Origin: Epiperipatus broadwayi
Taxonomy: Eukaryota; Animalia; Onychophora
Assembly (NCBI GenBank): GCA_028023455.1
Contig: JAQFVV010000001.1
Coordinates: 10,788,001 to 10,852,000 of the forward strand
Direction: 5' to 3'
DNA length: 64,000 nt
A model generated the notes under the pieces. The model was not told the origin of the DNA. It ran no database searches and worked only from the letters and a program-made list of their open reading frames with translations. This document shows positions 41,842 to 55,559 of the stretch, in pieces (within the stretch, counting starts at the first letter, position 1; every line of letters begins with the position of its first letter). The position numbers and the translations under genes were made by a program.

Positions 41842-43799
41842 TTTGGAAAAATGGTGCTGACAAAAAAAAACATGCTAAATTAAAACAAAGTACAGAATGT
41901 GTGGTCATTTACATGTTATGATACAAATAATAATAAAAAGTTGAAATAAACCTTCTGAATGGAATTCATAATCCATTTATGGATTTTTTTTAAACATAAC
42001 AAGAAACACATATTCGGTAAAATAAAAGTGAAAAAAAAAAAAATTGTAGGCCCCTGAAAGTGTTGTAGACTAGATAATACATAAATACCAAAAATTTTAT
42101 AAATAAACTTGTTTCAAATAAAATTTTATATTTATTTATTCCAATATTTTATTTGTGTTAACATTTAATTTATCTTTTTTAATTATTTTTTTTTTGTAAA
42201 GAGATATTGCTAATTTTTTTGAAGATAATGCAGAACGAGCATCAGTCTTGTTTATGGCTTTTCTTTTTATCAAAAATATTAAATACTAAAAAAAAATATT
42301 AACACAATATCTAATAATTGAACAACTACCAAAGATATTTAGAAATATTAGAAGCAGGTTCATGTTTGATGGCACTAGTACATATTGCTGCAAAGCACCC
42401 TGTATATTCTAAAAGCAACACCATTATAATTAAAGGTCATTAAATGTCAATCATTATTCTGATATATACACTATTGTATAAAATTGATTTGTGTTAAATA
42501 AAACATGGATACTATAATCAAGACTAGATATTGTTGCTGATATTGAAATACTTGACATCATCATAACACAACTTATCAAGCATTACATATTTAAAGTTAA
42601 ATTATAAACTTTAATTACCTCTAGTATGTAGTCCTCCTTTTTAAAATAATGAAGTCACTTTATATTTAAGAAGTATATATTTCTACTTACAAAGTGGTTA
42701 GAATAAATATTTAAGAAATGTTTTTAAAAGACTAATTTATAAATGATGCAGCATAGTATTCATCAAAAAATACTACTGAAGATGATAAATAGGCATAACA
42801 TAAAATGAAGTATATCAATTCCAAAATGTATCTACAAAAACACTTTTAAAAATGATAACTGCATAGTTGTTATTTATCTACAATTTTATTGTTGTGAGAT
42901 TTGGCACACAAGTATAATGACTCCCATTAAATTAATTTAAGCTCAACTTCTCATTTGGTACTTCAATATCACATGGCCTCCCAAGCAAAAAAATAATAAT
43001 TTCAGTTACTATTATCAAAAAAATAAAACCAATTATATTTATTTTTACCAGCTATTAGTCTAGAAAATAATACTATACACAATAACAAGTAATCAAAGTA
43101 ATGTTTTTCCATTATTTATACTTTCCTCCCTCCTGTACCATTCATATATGGCTCTTAAATTGAAATAAATTGGAATGACTAAGAATTGCCAAAAAAAGTT
43201 TTCTTCATAAAAATTAAACAAAAGTATCAGATATATGATTCAATTTTCATTAAGACATAAATTTTATAAATATATTGATTTATAAGTAATATGAAAAAAA
43301 AAGAGAATTTGTTTTGCAAAATATATATAGATATATTAAACAACCACCATACTTCCGCATTATATATGTTTGCATATACTAAACATGTCATCAACAGAAG
43401 CATATTAATACATGCAGGAATAATGTTTTAAAAAAAAAAATAGTGTTAATTTTTAACATCATAGCTATATTAATCTGTTCATTTATAATATTTTAATTGA
43501 AAGTGGATTGTATTTTGTTGAAATTCTTTTTTTTTTTTTTTAAATCAGGTACCTTTTTCAAGAAACAAAAAATTGAAAAAAATATAACTAATTTTTCTAG
43601 AAAAGATTCAGAAAATTAGCATTTAAAATTTTTTTAATTAAAATAATCTTTTATTCTAAATACAAATAAACTTTGAAACTTAATTTACAATAATGTAAAA
43701 TGTTTTTTTTTTAATAGTCAAAAGTGAATTTAAAGCAAAAATCAAAAAGTCAAACATACATTTAAATTATATTTATGGTCAATTTCAACAATAAAAAAT

Positions 43800-45720
43800 A
43801 TTTGATTATAAATAAATCAACATATTATTTTTTTATCGAGCATTAAAAACTAATACACATGGCATAATCCAAATTAATTTCCATTATATACAAAATCGGG
43901 AAAATAAACAATAAGTATATAAAATATAAACGGATGTTTTCAATTCAATTAAAAATATTTATTATACATGTGTATATGAGTATGTGCATTAAAATATATT
44001 CCAATTTAATTTTAAAATGTAACAAAATATTTTTAAACGAAAATATACAAATAGAAAAAAAAAAGTAATAAAAGCTTTGAATGTTTAATATATATATATT
44101 GGTTTGTTGTAATATTTCGTGGTTAATGTAAAGTTATTACAAATTTAGACAAGAAAGGTCAAAAATTAAATATATATATATAAAAAAAATGGACTGAATT
44201 ATTATAATAAAATATATAAATGAAGTAATTATTTAAATAGTTATACAGTATATCAATATTAATTACATACATATATATTAATAGATTCACTCACTCGTTC
44301 ATGTTCACACACGTACATGAGTGTTAACAATTTAATAATTGTTATCATTATAAATAACTAAATATTATAGCGGTAACTAATATCTCACAGCTTCTTTAAA
44401 TTTTATTAAGACGCTAAAAAATAAAAGTAATTTCCATTCATCACTAAATAACTAATCATACACATCAGATGGCTATATACAATACTATTGTATAAATGAA
44501 AATTTGAAAACCATTGTAATATCATCAAACAATAGTGTATTTTTTAAAAATAATTCTGGAAAATTTGTTTTATAATAAAAACAAATCAAATAAATCATAT
44601 CTTCACGTTTTTGTTCTTTAATACAAAATGATTTTTTTATCCCCTCGTTTTTCTTTATCTCAATTTCAAAACTATTAGAGGTGCTGTCAAAATGGCAAAA
44701 CTGAGAGGTCCATCGTTGCATAGCCTCATGTAGTCAGATTGCCAGATAGTGAGACATTCCATTACAATTAACAGAATTTGGATATTCCATAGAAATAAAA
44801 CAACATTTTTAAGTTTAAGTAATTTTAAAACATTTACTTACTGTGCTTTATTATGTTAGCCATAAAAATGCTGCTGCAGGCAAAAAAAAAAAAAAGAAAT
44901 ACATCTCTGACTATTAAAATTATGTTGGAAGACTTCGTAATCCAACGACAGTCGCTCCCCTTATGGAAAGCTTTGGACTTATCCCCTGGCAGGCAATGGG
45001 ATGCAATTGATCAAAGCGATAAGGGAGGAAAAGAAAACAAATGAAGTGTTAGAAATGTTTATTATCCAGATGAGTATAATATTAACAATAATAAACTTTA
45101 ATACAAGTCAAACTTCTAAAATTAAATGCATACAATTAAATCCTCAGACACACCTAACGTGTACTAAATTTCATGGCTGCTGTAAAATTTTTCTTCATAT
45201 CTTCCTCTCCAAGCAAAAAAAAAAAAAGTAATCAAGGATGACTCTTAATTTTATTTTATTTTTTCACTTATTTTAAATACAATTGAAAAGAAAATGATTT
45301 AAAATTAAATTCTACATATGTAACTTATTTTCATTTTATATCAAAAATTAGATCGTTTTTTTTTTATTTCTAAGCAATAAATTGTATAGACATACTCCTG
45401 AATGCTTCCTTAGACAGCTCTCGCAACAAGATCAGTTAAAAACATACTTAAATGCGCATGATCGTTTACAGTAAATGTGAAAAACTTAGTTTCAGAATAA
45501 AAATATACGTAAAACGTATTTATGCTCATGCAACCATTCGTGAATGCGCACACCCATATAACACAGGTACATTATATATATGCACGTAATTTTATAGTAA
45601 AAAAAAAAAAAGATAAAAAGCAGAAATTTAATAACATTAAGGCTATGAAATCTTCCCTTTCAGTAAATGCTACAAACTATTGTAATCATGATTAGCCATG
45701 CATCGACACTCATCTGATCA
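43800..45720. promoter_or_regulatory. Putative CpG-retaining promoter/first-exon region
   Basis: CpG visibly retained, including TGCGCATG (~45453, NRF1-like), TGCGCA (~45546) and TACGTA (~45507). No transposon signature recognised here. Function is inferred. Confidence 0.3.
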
Positions 45721-48700
45721 AACCAAGTTATTTCCTGATCTGTACTCTTCAGTTAAAAATATCTAGAAATACATTGACTGACAAAAAATATAAATGTTAA
45801 ATCCAAATATAGTATATAGCTATGTAGAAGATGTTCACAATGTCACACCTTATAATATTAAAACATTAAGATCTCCTCCCCTTTTTTAGAATACAACTTA
45901 ATCCTTACTATATTATAAGATAATCTTAATATTCCACTGACAGGTATTCTCAAAGCCTGCTCTAGGATTTTTTTCTGTCTTATACACTAGCATATCATGC
46001 TGCTGTACCTACTCTCAAATTAAAATTTAACATTATAAAAAATATTATTAGTAATGTCATGTTACAGAGATCCAAATCTCAAGTATTTGCCATTAATTCA
46101 AAATCACTGATTTCAGTATTTTCACTTATTTTCTCTTATACCACATCAGGTATTTAAGTTTTTTTATATGTAGGCAAAGTGCTATTTTGTTTTTGAGCAT
46201 TAAGTTCTTTTTCTAATCTTCTGTAATGCAAAGTGCTGGATAGTTATCAAATATAATATTTATTTCAATGTTTAAAAAAAATTACTTTAAATCCTAATAA
46301 TGTAACAGTAAAATGTATTATTTAATAATTACTGACTTACTATATTTCCTTAAAACAAACATACTGCACAGAATCAACTCAAGTTAGATTTTCACTTTCA
46401 AACAACTGAAAATTTTCTGCTATGACAAAATAATTAATTTTTTTTAATCCAAGATTAACTTACAACTTATAATCAATTCAGGAAATAATAAAATTGCTAA
46501 TGCAAAAATTTTCTAGTAACCAGATAAACTATTATGTATAATAGAAACATTTTAGGCATAATCTTATAAACAATATAATACATTATATTTAATAATTAGT
46601 ATTATTGATCATTAAGCTTGTTATATTTATTGTCAACTCTTTATGGATAAGAACTAACAGTTTTGATATCATTTACAATTGTTAAATTATAATATAACAA
46701 TGTATTATTAGAATACAATTTAGGCTTTTTATGCAATAATTATATTTCATTTATTGTCCGTTCATAAAAATGTTATATTATATTAGTTTTATAAAACTAT
46801 TGCATAAATGTTTGTCTTTTTTGTTTGGTTTTTTTTTTTTTTTAAAAAAAAATTATAAATTAAAAATAAATTTTTTTATAATATATTAATAAGAATCAAA
46901 GTAATTTAAATGCTAAAGAAATATATAATCATAAAAAACACATGTAAAATAATTTTTATAACCAAAAAATGCAAAATGAAATCAATAACTAAAATGAAAT
47001 AGGTATTGATCTACTCAGCTATCTACATTTTATTTTCTCTCTGTTTCTTTAAAACTCTAGGTTTACATCATCAAATAATTGTTCTAATTAACTGATAAAT
47101 TTAAGAACTAACATACTTTACTAGCTAAAATCTAGGTTCATAAAGACATCAAAAAAATACAACTGAAAACTAAAAGATAAAAAGAAAATATTTTCCCCAC
47201 TACCACTGCACATTACAGAAAATCTTTTTTTTTCTTTAACTTGTTAAAAATTAATTTTAAAATAAACTTCATATTCATCATTAATCATATTGTTTAAAAT
47301 GTTTTTATTTGAAAAGCAACTGGAAACATTGGACTTGGAGTATTCATTTAATTATTTTTTTTAATTTAAAAAAAAAGTAAAAAAAAAACCTCAAGTTCTT
47401 CATTTAGAGACTTCAGATCGATTAAGGGGGACTATGCATTATTCATGCATGCTGCCAATAAATTACTTGGTTCAAAGCAAAAGCGGCAATGGCTTTCGTT
47501 TGTTGGATTTTTATGAAGTCAAAAAGTAAACAACTATAGGTGGAATGGTGGGAATCCAAATCAATAAAAAAGAAGTTTCATTTTTTAAACTTTTTAGGTG
47601 TTGTTCAACCAATACAGTTTTATTTGGATTGTTAGTTTACATTGTACTTTGTATTAAATAGAGCTGACCATTATTGTTTTCATCAAAGTTGACAACACAA
47701 TTTACTGTATTTCCCCCCTCTTCTCTCTATTTTTCTTTTCACTTTTTAAAAAGCAAAGAAGAAAGAAAAAAACTTTAAAAGACAGAGTAAAAATTTCAAA
47801 ACAAATCTGTCAATTACAAATACTAAAAAAAGTTGTTTGAAATTATACAATTAATTTTGTAAGTCAATATTAGCTAGTATTATAATGATGATGAGAAATG
47901 CAAAGAAGCCTTGAAAACTTATAATTGACAGTATTTTTCCACCTCTCTTACACTCTCCCATTTTCTTAAAACTAAAGATGAAATTAAAAAGACAAATAAT
48001 ACAAAAGTTTACGAAAAAAAAGACCTGTCTATGAAAAGTAATGAGATTTTTAGATTTCATTTTGAATTTGTAAATTACATAGTATTATGTGAATCCCTTT
48101 TCCAAATCCAAAGAATCTTCAATTGATCCATTCATCCTAGTATTCTTTTATAACATCAAAGCCATGTTTTGAAGACATAATTAAAGTGAAATAAAATGCA
48201 AATAGCTGATTAGATCGGCACCATGAAATTTACAAAACCTTGATAAAACACAGAAAAAAAAAGATTTCAATTCAATTATGAATTTTTTTCTTGCAAACAA
48301 TCATTGTTTAATCCAAAAAGTGTATTAATCGTAATTGTGTTGCCATTAAAAATTATATCATCTTTACATTTATGGAACAAAAAAATTGAATTATCCAATG
48401 ATCATAATTCTAATGTTTACAACTTTAAAAAAGTCCTCAGAATTGCAAAAAATGAAATCTTTATTAGTTTTCCTTAAAACTTCAAATAGAGTAAAAGATT
48501 TCTCTATCAGGGAATCTATAGAGCTAAAGATCTAATTCAAGATGTAAAGAATATATCAAACTATTTAATATCAACCATAAATATATCATTGTGGATAGTT
48601 TTTCATAGAACATCAAGAAAATCAGTTCTTTGACAGTAACATATATTATATAAAGAAGTTCTTAACCAAAATAGATGAAACTATCCTTTGGAAAGTGCTG

Positions 48701-49289
48701 GAATGATTCAGCAGAATGGTAATAGCATTTGGTGCAATTATGAGGTGTTAAATAGTAGTAAGGAACAGTAGAAGCATTAAAAAATAAAAATTTGAAAAAC
48801 TATTGGTATATGTTTCATCTGCTGTGTAACAGAGTCAAAATTTAATATGAAATGTTGGCAGGTAAGAATGTTGCACAATGTCAGGAAGTCACCATCCATT
48901 GGCAGAAATATGTGCATATAATGACTTGTTTACAATATATTGTAAATAAGTGATATACTGTATATAAAATCTAATTTTAGATTGTTTCTGAATTTGCTGA
49001 GTAAACAGTTAACAATAATGCAAATGCAATTACAATTTAAAAACATTAATTCACATTCAATAATTATGATCTTTGTAGATTGCAAGTTACAAACAAAGCA
49101 AATTATATTATTATTATTTCAATAAGACAGTAACTTATAGTTAAGTATTTTTATACATTTTCTTATATATCTACTGCATGTTTCTGTGACTTCAAAACCT
49201 TATTAATAACAAAATCATAATAGGCTAGTGTCTATACAATACTATATGAAGGATATACTCATATTTTTGATTTGTCATACTTTTTATTA

Positions 49290-50312
49290 CTAATAATGAA
49301 AAAATATTCTGCTAAGTACTATCTTATCAATTGCTACTGATAGGGCTCCAAAAATGGCAAGACACTATAGAATTTCTTTTGCATATTTAAAAAAAAAGTG
49401 GTCTCAAATGTATTCATTGCAAACTGTATCATTTACTATCAACATCTAGTTGCCAAAAATTTGTGTGAATTCCTTCATAGATTATTGTATAATGTCATTA
49501 AAACAATAAAGCAATTCCTTGAATGATAGAGAATTTGAACAAACATTGTATTGAAAACAATGCAAAATTCAATCACTTACTACTACATGTAAAAGTTTAT
49601 AGGCTATCAAAAACTGCCTATTTGGATTAGTTTCATAAATGCTTTGATTCAGTATTAGAGTTTATGAAAAACAAAAATGATACCTTATGAACTTGCTTGA
49701 CAAACTTGTTTAATAAGTTTAATGAAACAAATCTACAGTCCCAAAGCAATAATCTGAATTTAATCAAATAAAAACTGTTATTTCAATATTTGTGGCCAAA
49801 TTTCTACACAAATGAAATTTCAAATGCTGGAAATTCAGTCAGTTTCCAAATTTATCAATATTAGAAAAACATCATGATGATTTGCTAACAATTGCCAATA
49901 CATGGAGGCTTTCCATACTGGCTTCAATCAATGATTTGAAGATATTCTTAAAGTGAATATACCCAATAGGTTTTTGGGTCATTTTTCTAATACATACCTA
50001 GAAGAATCTGCAAATTATAAAAAGAACTGACAGAAGTACAACAAGAAACTGAAATTTAAAGATAACTACTAACAGTTCTGTTGTAAAAATAGATACTTAG
50101 ATTTTACTCTGGATTATGGATTATAGCACAAAAGTTTTTAATTGCATTTCCTTCATCACATTTAGTGGATTGTGGGTTCAGTGCAGTTCACAAATTTGTT
50201 AACATAAAAAAAAAAATTTCAAATAACTAATCATGGTGATTTAAGAATATTGTTGATAAAAATAGAGCTAAACATTAATAAACTGATAGTACACAAGGTT
50301 CATCCTTCACAT
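49290..50312 (+). pseudogene. 3' half of a second, older Buster-type hAT transposase related to 5469-7222
   Basis: Homologous DNA and protein blocks: GCTACTGATAGGGCTCCA (ATD.AP), CIIYYQHLVAKNL, FDSVLEFMKNKND, KFNETNLQ, IAFPSSHLVDCGFSAV, and the terminal KVHPSH. Confidence 0.87.
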
Positions 50313-50463
50313 CAGGATTATTTTTAATATTTGTGATTTTTATTTAATATAATTCTTCTATATCTTAATTTTCAATATGGAATGCAAATGTTACTATGGT
50401 TGATTATAAAAATAATTTTATAATTTCAGTTTAAAGGTGTTTTAATTACAACAACTTTCTTTA

Positions 50464-50760
50464 CTATGTTGTAGGATGTAGGTAGAAATGTAAATACATA
50501 TAAAAGAAAGCAAATTTGTCACTGCAACTTTCTGTTTGTTTGTTTTGAAAGGATAGATTTCTTTGAGAGGCATCTGTGTATTTTTTTCTAAAAAGGAGTT
50601 GGTAAGCCAAATAAAACTTGGAAATCTCTGTTATAAGGGATTGTTTCAGAATAATGGTATTGAAATCATTGTGACCAGCTATTATATTTGAAGCCTTTAT
50701 CTTTATACAAAACATAATTTTCTATTTAAAAAAATCAGTATTTTGTTAAATTGTCTCTTC
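50464..50760 (-). mobile_element. Possible L1-type APE-endonuclease remnant (middle part)
   Basis: ORF 50464-50715 contains NIIAGHNDFNTII (IIAGDFNT-like) and SFQNKQTESCSDKF (SRID-like position). Confidence 0.4.
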
Positions 50761-53050
50761 AGGTTTTTAAAAATAGACAACATTTAAAAAAGAGCAAATA
50801 CAATGGTAAAAAGGTTATTAGATGCCAAAGTTCAATATCAAGTATTTAAAATTTTGCTGGAATATATTAAACCATTCTAAAAATAATCTGCTTGTTCCAT
50901 GGCTCATATCATTTCATTCAAGCATAGGCAAATATTTCTATTCAAGAACTCCATTTGTATAGACAATATCATATAAGTATAAATCAAATTTGGAAATGCT
51001 TGTATATGACCTGAATATTACTGTCCTTTAGATCAGGATACTAATATTGGTCATTTATAATTTGCAATGAAAGTAATCACTAATTGCAGTCTATATTCAA
51101 AACATCCAGGATTTTAAACTTATAAGTTCAAGCTTATGATAACAAAAATACTGAAATGGGCAGGCTACAAATTCTCTAAATTGCAAAAATAAAACTAGTT
51201 TTAATTTTTTTTAAAAATTGATGGTTATTTTAGATGTTCATCAACCAATAAGTTATAAAAGCATTTCAGTTTTATAAAACTTATAAGTTATATGAAATTG
51301 TAAATGTCATCATTTATTGAGCATTAAGACAATGAGTAATTATTATACGGAATCAAAGATTCAAACATGGAAATTATAAATTTACAGGGAAGTGTGCAAT
51401 AAGGTATACAATTCTAAATGTGATAGAAAAAATCTACAGGATCTTACTTCAAATACATATATACACTAAACTTTAATGTTGCAATCTGCTTAAAGTATTG
51501 AATATTATAAAATTAGTCTACTGAAATAATATATATGTGGTTGTACACATCAGCATTAAGCCATACATAACATTACTCCACTTAATTTAAATTTAATTTA
51601 AATTTAGATAGGTTCAGAAATCTTGATTATTTAAAAAAAAAAATTAACCTTTTTTTCTATTTTAACAAAAACTCTTTAGGAGAAAAATTCATAACACTGG
51701 AATTTTTTTTAACTTTGAACATTCAAATGCATAAATAATTATGAACTTAAATATGAAAAAAAACATTTCTCAAAGATCATGAACATTTTAAGTAGTGACT
51801 ACATACTTATCATTCTTCAACACTCTGAAGCTCACCACAATATATATATATAATGCTAAATACTCTTAAAACTAAATTGAATGTTATATACCTAAGTAGT
51901 ACAATTAAGTTAACAATGAAAGATAAATAAAAAAAAATATATACACAATTGTATAAAATTAATTCCAAATTAAATAATATATATAAGTACTATAGGCTTG
52001 TTAGTAACAGTCTATTAAAATTTACTCAGCTTAATAATGTTTGTAAACTAAAAAAGTTACTTAAGTCCTCTATCATTGCTGAGAAAAAAAATTGTCAGGA
52101 AGAAATTAAGATAAAGTTGTGTAAGTGCATTCTAAGTTTTTGAAATTGTAAAGAACTCTTTCAAAATTCATTAGTAATATTAGATTGATAATTTTTCCAA
52201 ATAGATAAATCAGTTTTCAAGTCTCAGAGTAGAATATATTACATTTCATAGTTTGGGGTGCATTTGTTACAGCTACCACCTTATATATATATAGTTGGTT
52301 GGCATAAAGTTGGATTTAGTTTGGTCGATAGAATTAGACAACCTGGATACTTGGGATGTTGTTTAATAGCTTTAGTAATGCATGGTTGGTTGCTTCAACT
52401 GCTTGGAGAGGTTTCTTGAAATACATCATTCACAGATCATTCTGGTGAACAACAGAGACAATAGACAAAATGAGTTTTAAGACTGGCTATTTATATGGTT
52501 CCTCTTTTCAAAACCAATTTTTTATTTATTAGGACAAGCCAATAATTGGTTTTAATGAAACCAATATTTTTGTACAAAATACCTCAAATAAAAAATATAC
52601 TGAATGCCATTACAGCCAGTTTATCTTAATCTCCAACACATTTTTTAATTACAATTTTAAAATATTTAAGCCAGAAAACAGCAAATAAAGCTTAATATTG
52701 ATTTTAAAAATCAGTTTTTTTAAGAAATTTACTTTAATACTATGATAAACTAGTTTATATCAATTTTTTTAATTAATTTGATCTTTTAATTATAATTAAT
52801 TAAATTTTGTTTAAAATAACATTTCTTCATTAAAGAAAATTATTTGATTTCCTGTCTAACAAATATTTTTTTTTTGCATCTATTTATTTGGCTGAAACAA
52901 TGTCTTTCAAAACTAAACCAAAAATAAATTCTATTTTTATTTTAAACACACATACCTTTATCTATGTGTATGTGTTTATAATCTTTGGATACTTAAATCA
53001 AACTCAAAATTGCCAATTACTTCTCTATATATTGAAATGGAAATATCCAC

Positions 53051-53200
53051 TTCAAGTTTAGTTAGATGGTTGGCAATAAGGAGATTAATTTAAAATTCAA
53101 ACATTAGATTGCATATTAATGAAATAATATAGGCTAGTAAATATTACATAATATGTTACATTCTAATTTAACATAGATATAGGCATCCACACATTAGGTA
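53051..53200 (+). repeat. Dispersed ~150-bp repeat, copy 1
   Basis: TTCAAGTTTAGTTAGATGGTTGGCAATAAGGAGATTAATTTAAAATTCAAACATTAGATTGCATATTAATGAAATAAT matches 57152-57300. Confidence 0.8.
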
Positions 53201-53599
53201 TAAAAAAATTTATAAGTTTTAATAATAATTATTTACTCTAAATAATATTTTGTTTAATTTTTAGATAGGTAATAAAAAAAATTTCTTTAATAAGTTTAAT
53301 CATTTATTAAAATAAAATATTTATTTAAATAAAGTTCTTAATTAATGAGGTATAAGTAAAAAAAAAAAAACAAGTCAATTAAAATCACAGGTAAAAATTT
53401 ATATCATATTGTTCTACTATCAAAATAAATTAATCAAAATAGGGATATTATCTTGGATTTGTAATAGAGCTTTGTTATATATTTTATTCCATTGTTTTAA
53501 AAATATTACTTAGTTTAAAAATAGAATTATTTTTACAATAAATTTGTTTTTAATTGAGATTTAAAATTATTTTAAAAAACTGTAGTATAAATAGCAGAC

Positions 53600-53730
53600 A
53601 AAAGAATCAGTCAATCTTGTATTCTCTTTTTTTTTCATCTGGTTCCTGTATCATCATGCTCATTGTCAATGGAGGATTTACATTCCAACTAATGTTAATT
53701 AACAAGAATCTTTACCAGGCACAATTTACT
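53600..53730 (-). mobile_element. Possible L1-type APE-endonuclease remnant (N-terminal part)
   Basis: Minus-strand INISWNVNPP...MMIQEP resembles the ISWNV.G...LQET start of L1 ORF2. Same strand and correct order relative to 50464-50760. Confidence 0.35.
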
Positions 53731-55559
53731 AGAATTCTTCTAGTCTTTGAAGTAGCTAAATTAATTCAAATTAACTAACCAAATAACACCTACAACTGAC
53801 AATGATGAAAATTGCAAATATATGAAAAACTAATTATGATCCAGTAAATAGTTCAAAACATGTAGAAATCCAATCATGATTAAATACTTTAAAAAAATCA
53901 ACCAAGGAAAACATGGGATTCCATAATACAAATATCAACTTGGAATTCCCATACAGAGATCTTGTAAAATAAAAAGAAAACATACATATATAAAATAATT
54001 TTTTATTATTATTGATGAACTTTATGGATTGTTGCATAAAGATTGATTCAAGATAAATTATATAAAATTTACTTTAATTTGTAGACATTTCATGAACTTG
54101 ATTTAAATTCTAAATGAACTTGCTTTTACTTATAGACTTATATTACTATTATTTCACCATTAATCTCTTAGTTAATATTTTTTATTAATTTATTTTTTTT
54201 ACCTAACAAATATTGTATCACTTATAGATAAGGATTTGAATCATATTATATTATTATAATGCTAATTTAAGAATTAATAGTTAAATCAAAGAGAGAGCTG
54301 TTTGTGAGAGCTAAACTCCATAGCTAAATTATTTATTTAAAAAAAATGTATATTTTTAATCAGAATAGTTTGGCTCTTACCAATCTTCTTAATAATAACA
54401 GAAATTGTTAGAAAGTTTTATTTTATAAACCGTATAAATATAAATCACAAGACATATATCAATAGAGATTATTATTTCAAAATTAATATCTCTGAATACT
54501 ATCAGATTTTAAAATATTTTATTGAGACCACTATTTAAATATTTTGTTTAAAAAAGAAAAGGCAAAAAAAAAAAAGGCAGCCTATTAAAGCTGATAGTGA
54601 AATGTGCCTTTATTATCCTACATATTAATGTAAGTTTGATTTGTTAATCAAAAACTTACTTATGATATAAATCATATATGTGTTTATATAGTAAAGAGGA
54701 TATTGACATAGTTGTATGCATTTAGTAAAGTATTTTCTCAAGATTTTATGCATCTTAATTTACAGTTTCATTTTGATGGATGCCCATCATAGACTGATGA
54801 TTCACAAGCTTATTCTTAGATGTTGAAGTATATTTAAGTAGAAATAATTATCTGTGTAATTTTTTTTATATGTGTGTAATTATTTATTTATATATAATCC
54901 AAATATGTACAAATTGGTATGTGATTATAGTATTAATTTATACAATGATGATCATTTGACTCAGTACTAAATGTATACCATTATGAGTACTTAAACATAT
55001 AATACATGTGATTACGATAACAATCTTGATTGGACATGTGTTATTGTCACCTGCTAAGTAAAATTCAGAAGCATTATATATGTGTGCACATATTGAACTT
55101 ACTTTTAACATGCTAACCAGCTGACTTATTAACTAAATAATTGAGATTATTGATTCATTATTAAAACTTGATCCATGATAATATTCAGAAACATATTAGA
55201 AATGTCATATAAGTGCATATATAACATAAATATAGAGTTGGTACTCATTGAAGAGATTAAAAACAAATTAAATAATGGTTAAATTATTCAGCTTAGCAGC
55301 AGAATAAACAACTCAAAATCAATTTGTAACCTAAAATCCCTTATACACAGAATATTTTTTTTTATTTTTTGCAACTGTCAATATTAAGGCCTGGTTGTGA
55401 AAAAAAAACATGCCCCAAGATATCAAAGTACCAGTTGACATATAATAGCAAATTTAGAAGTGTCATAGCCAGAAGTTATAATTTTAGAATTACCAGTAAA
55501 AAAATACATCTTAAAAGAGAAAAGTTAATATCATTAGACAATTAATAGTTAAATGTTTG

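Noticed and set aside
44485-45231. ORFs 44485-44721, 44853-45044 and 45001-45231 as coding exons
   Set aside because: They overlap on both strands, include poly-A-derived lysine runs, lack convincing splice boundaries and match no family I recognise.
48150-48950. Tc1-like transposase remnant
   Set aside because: Only vague resemblance to QQDN and SPDLNPIEN motifs; no TIRs found.
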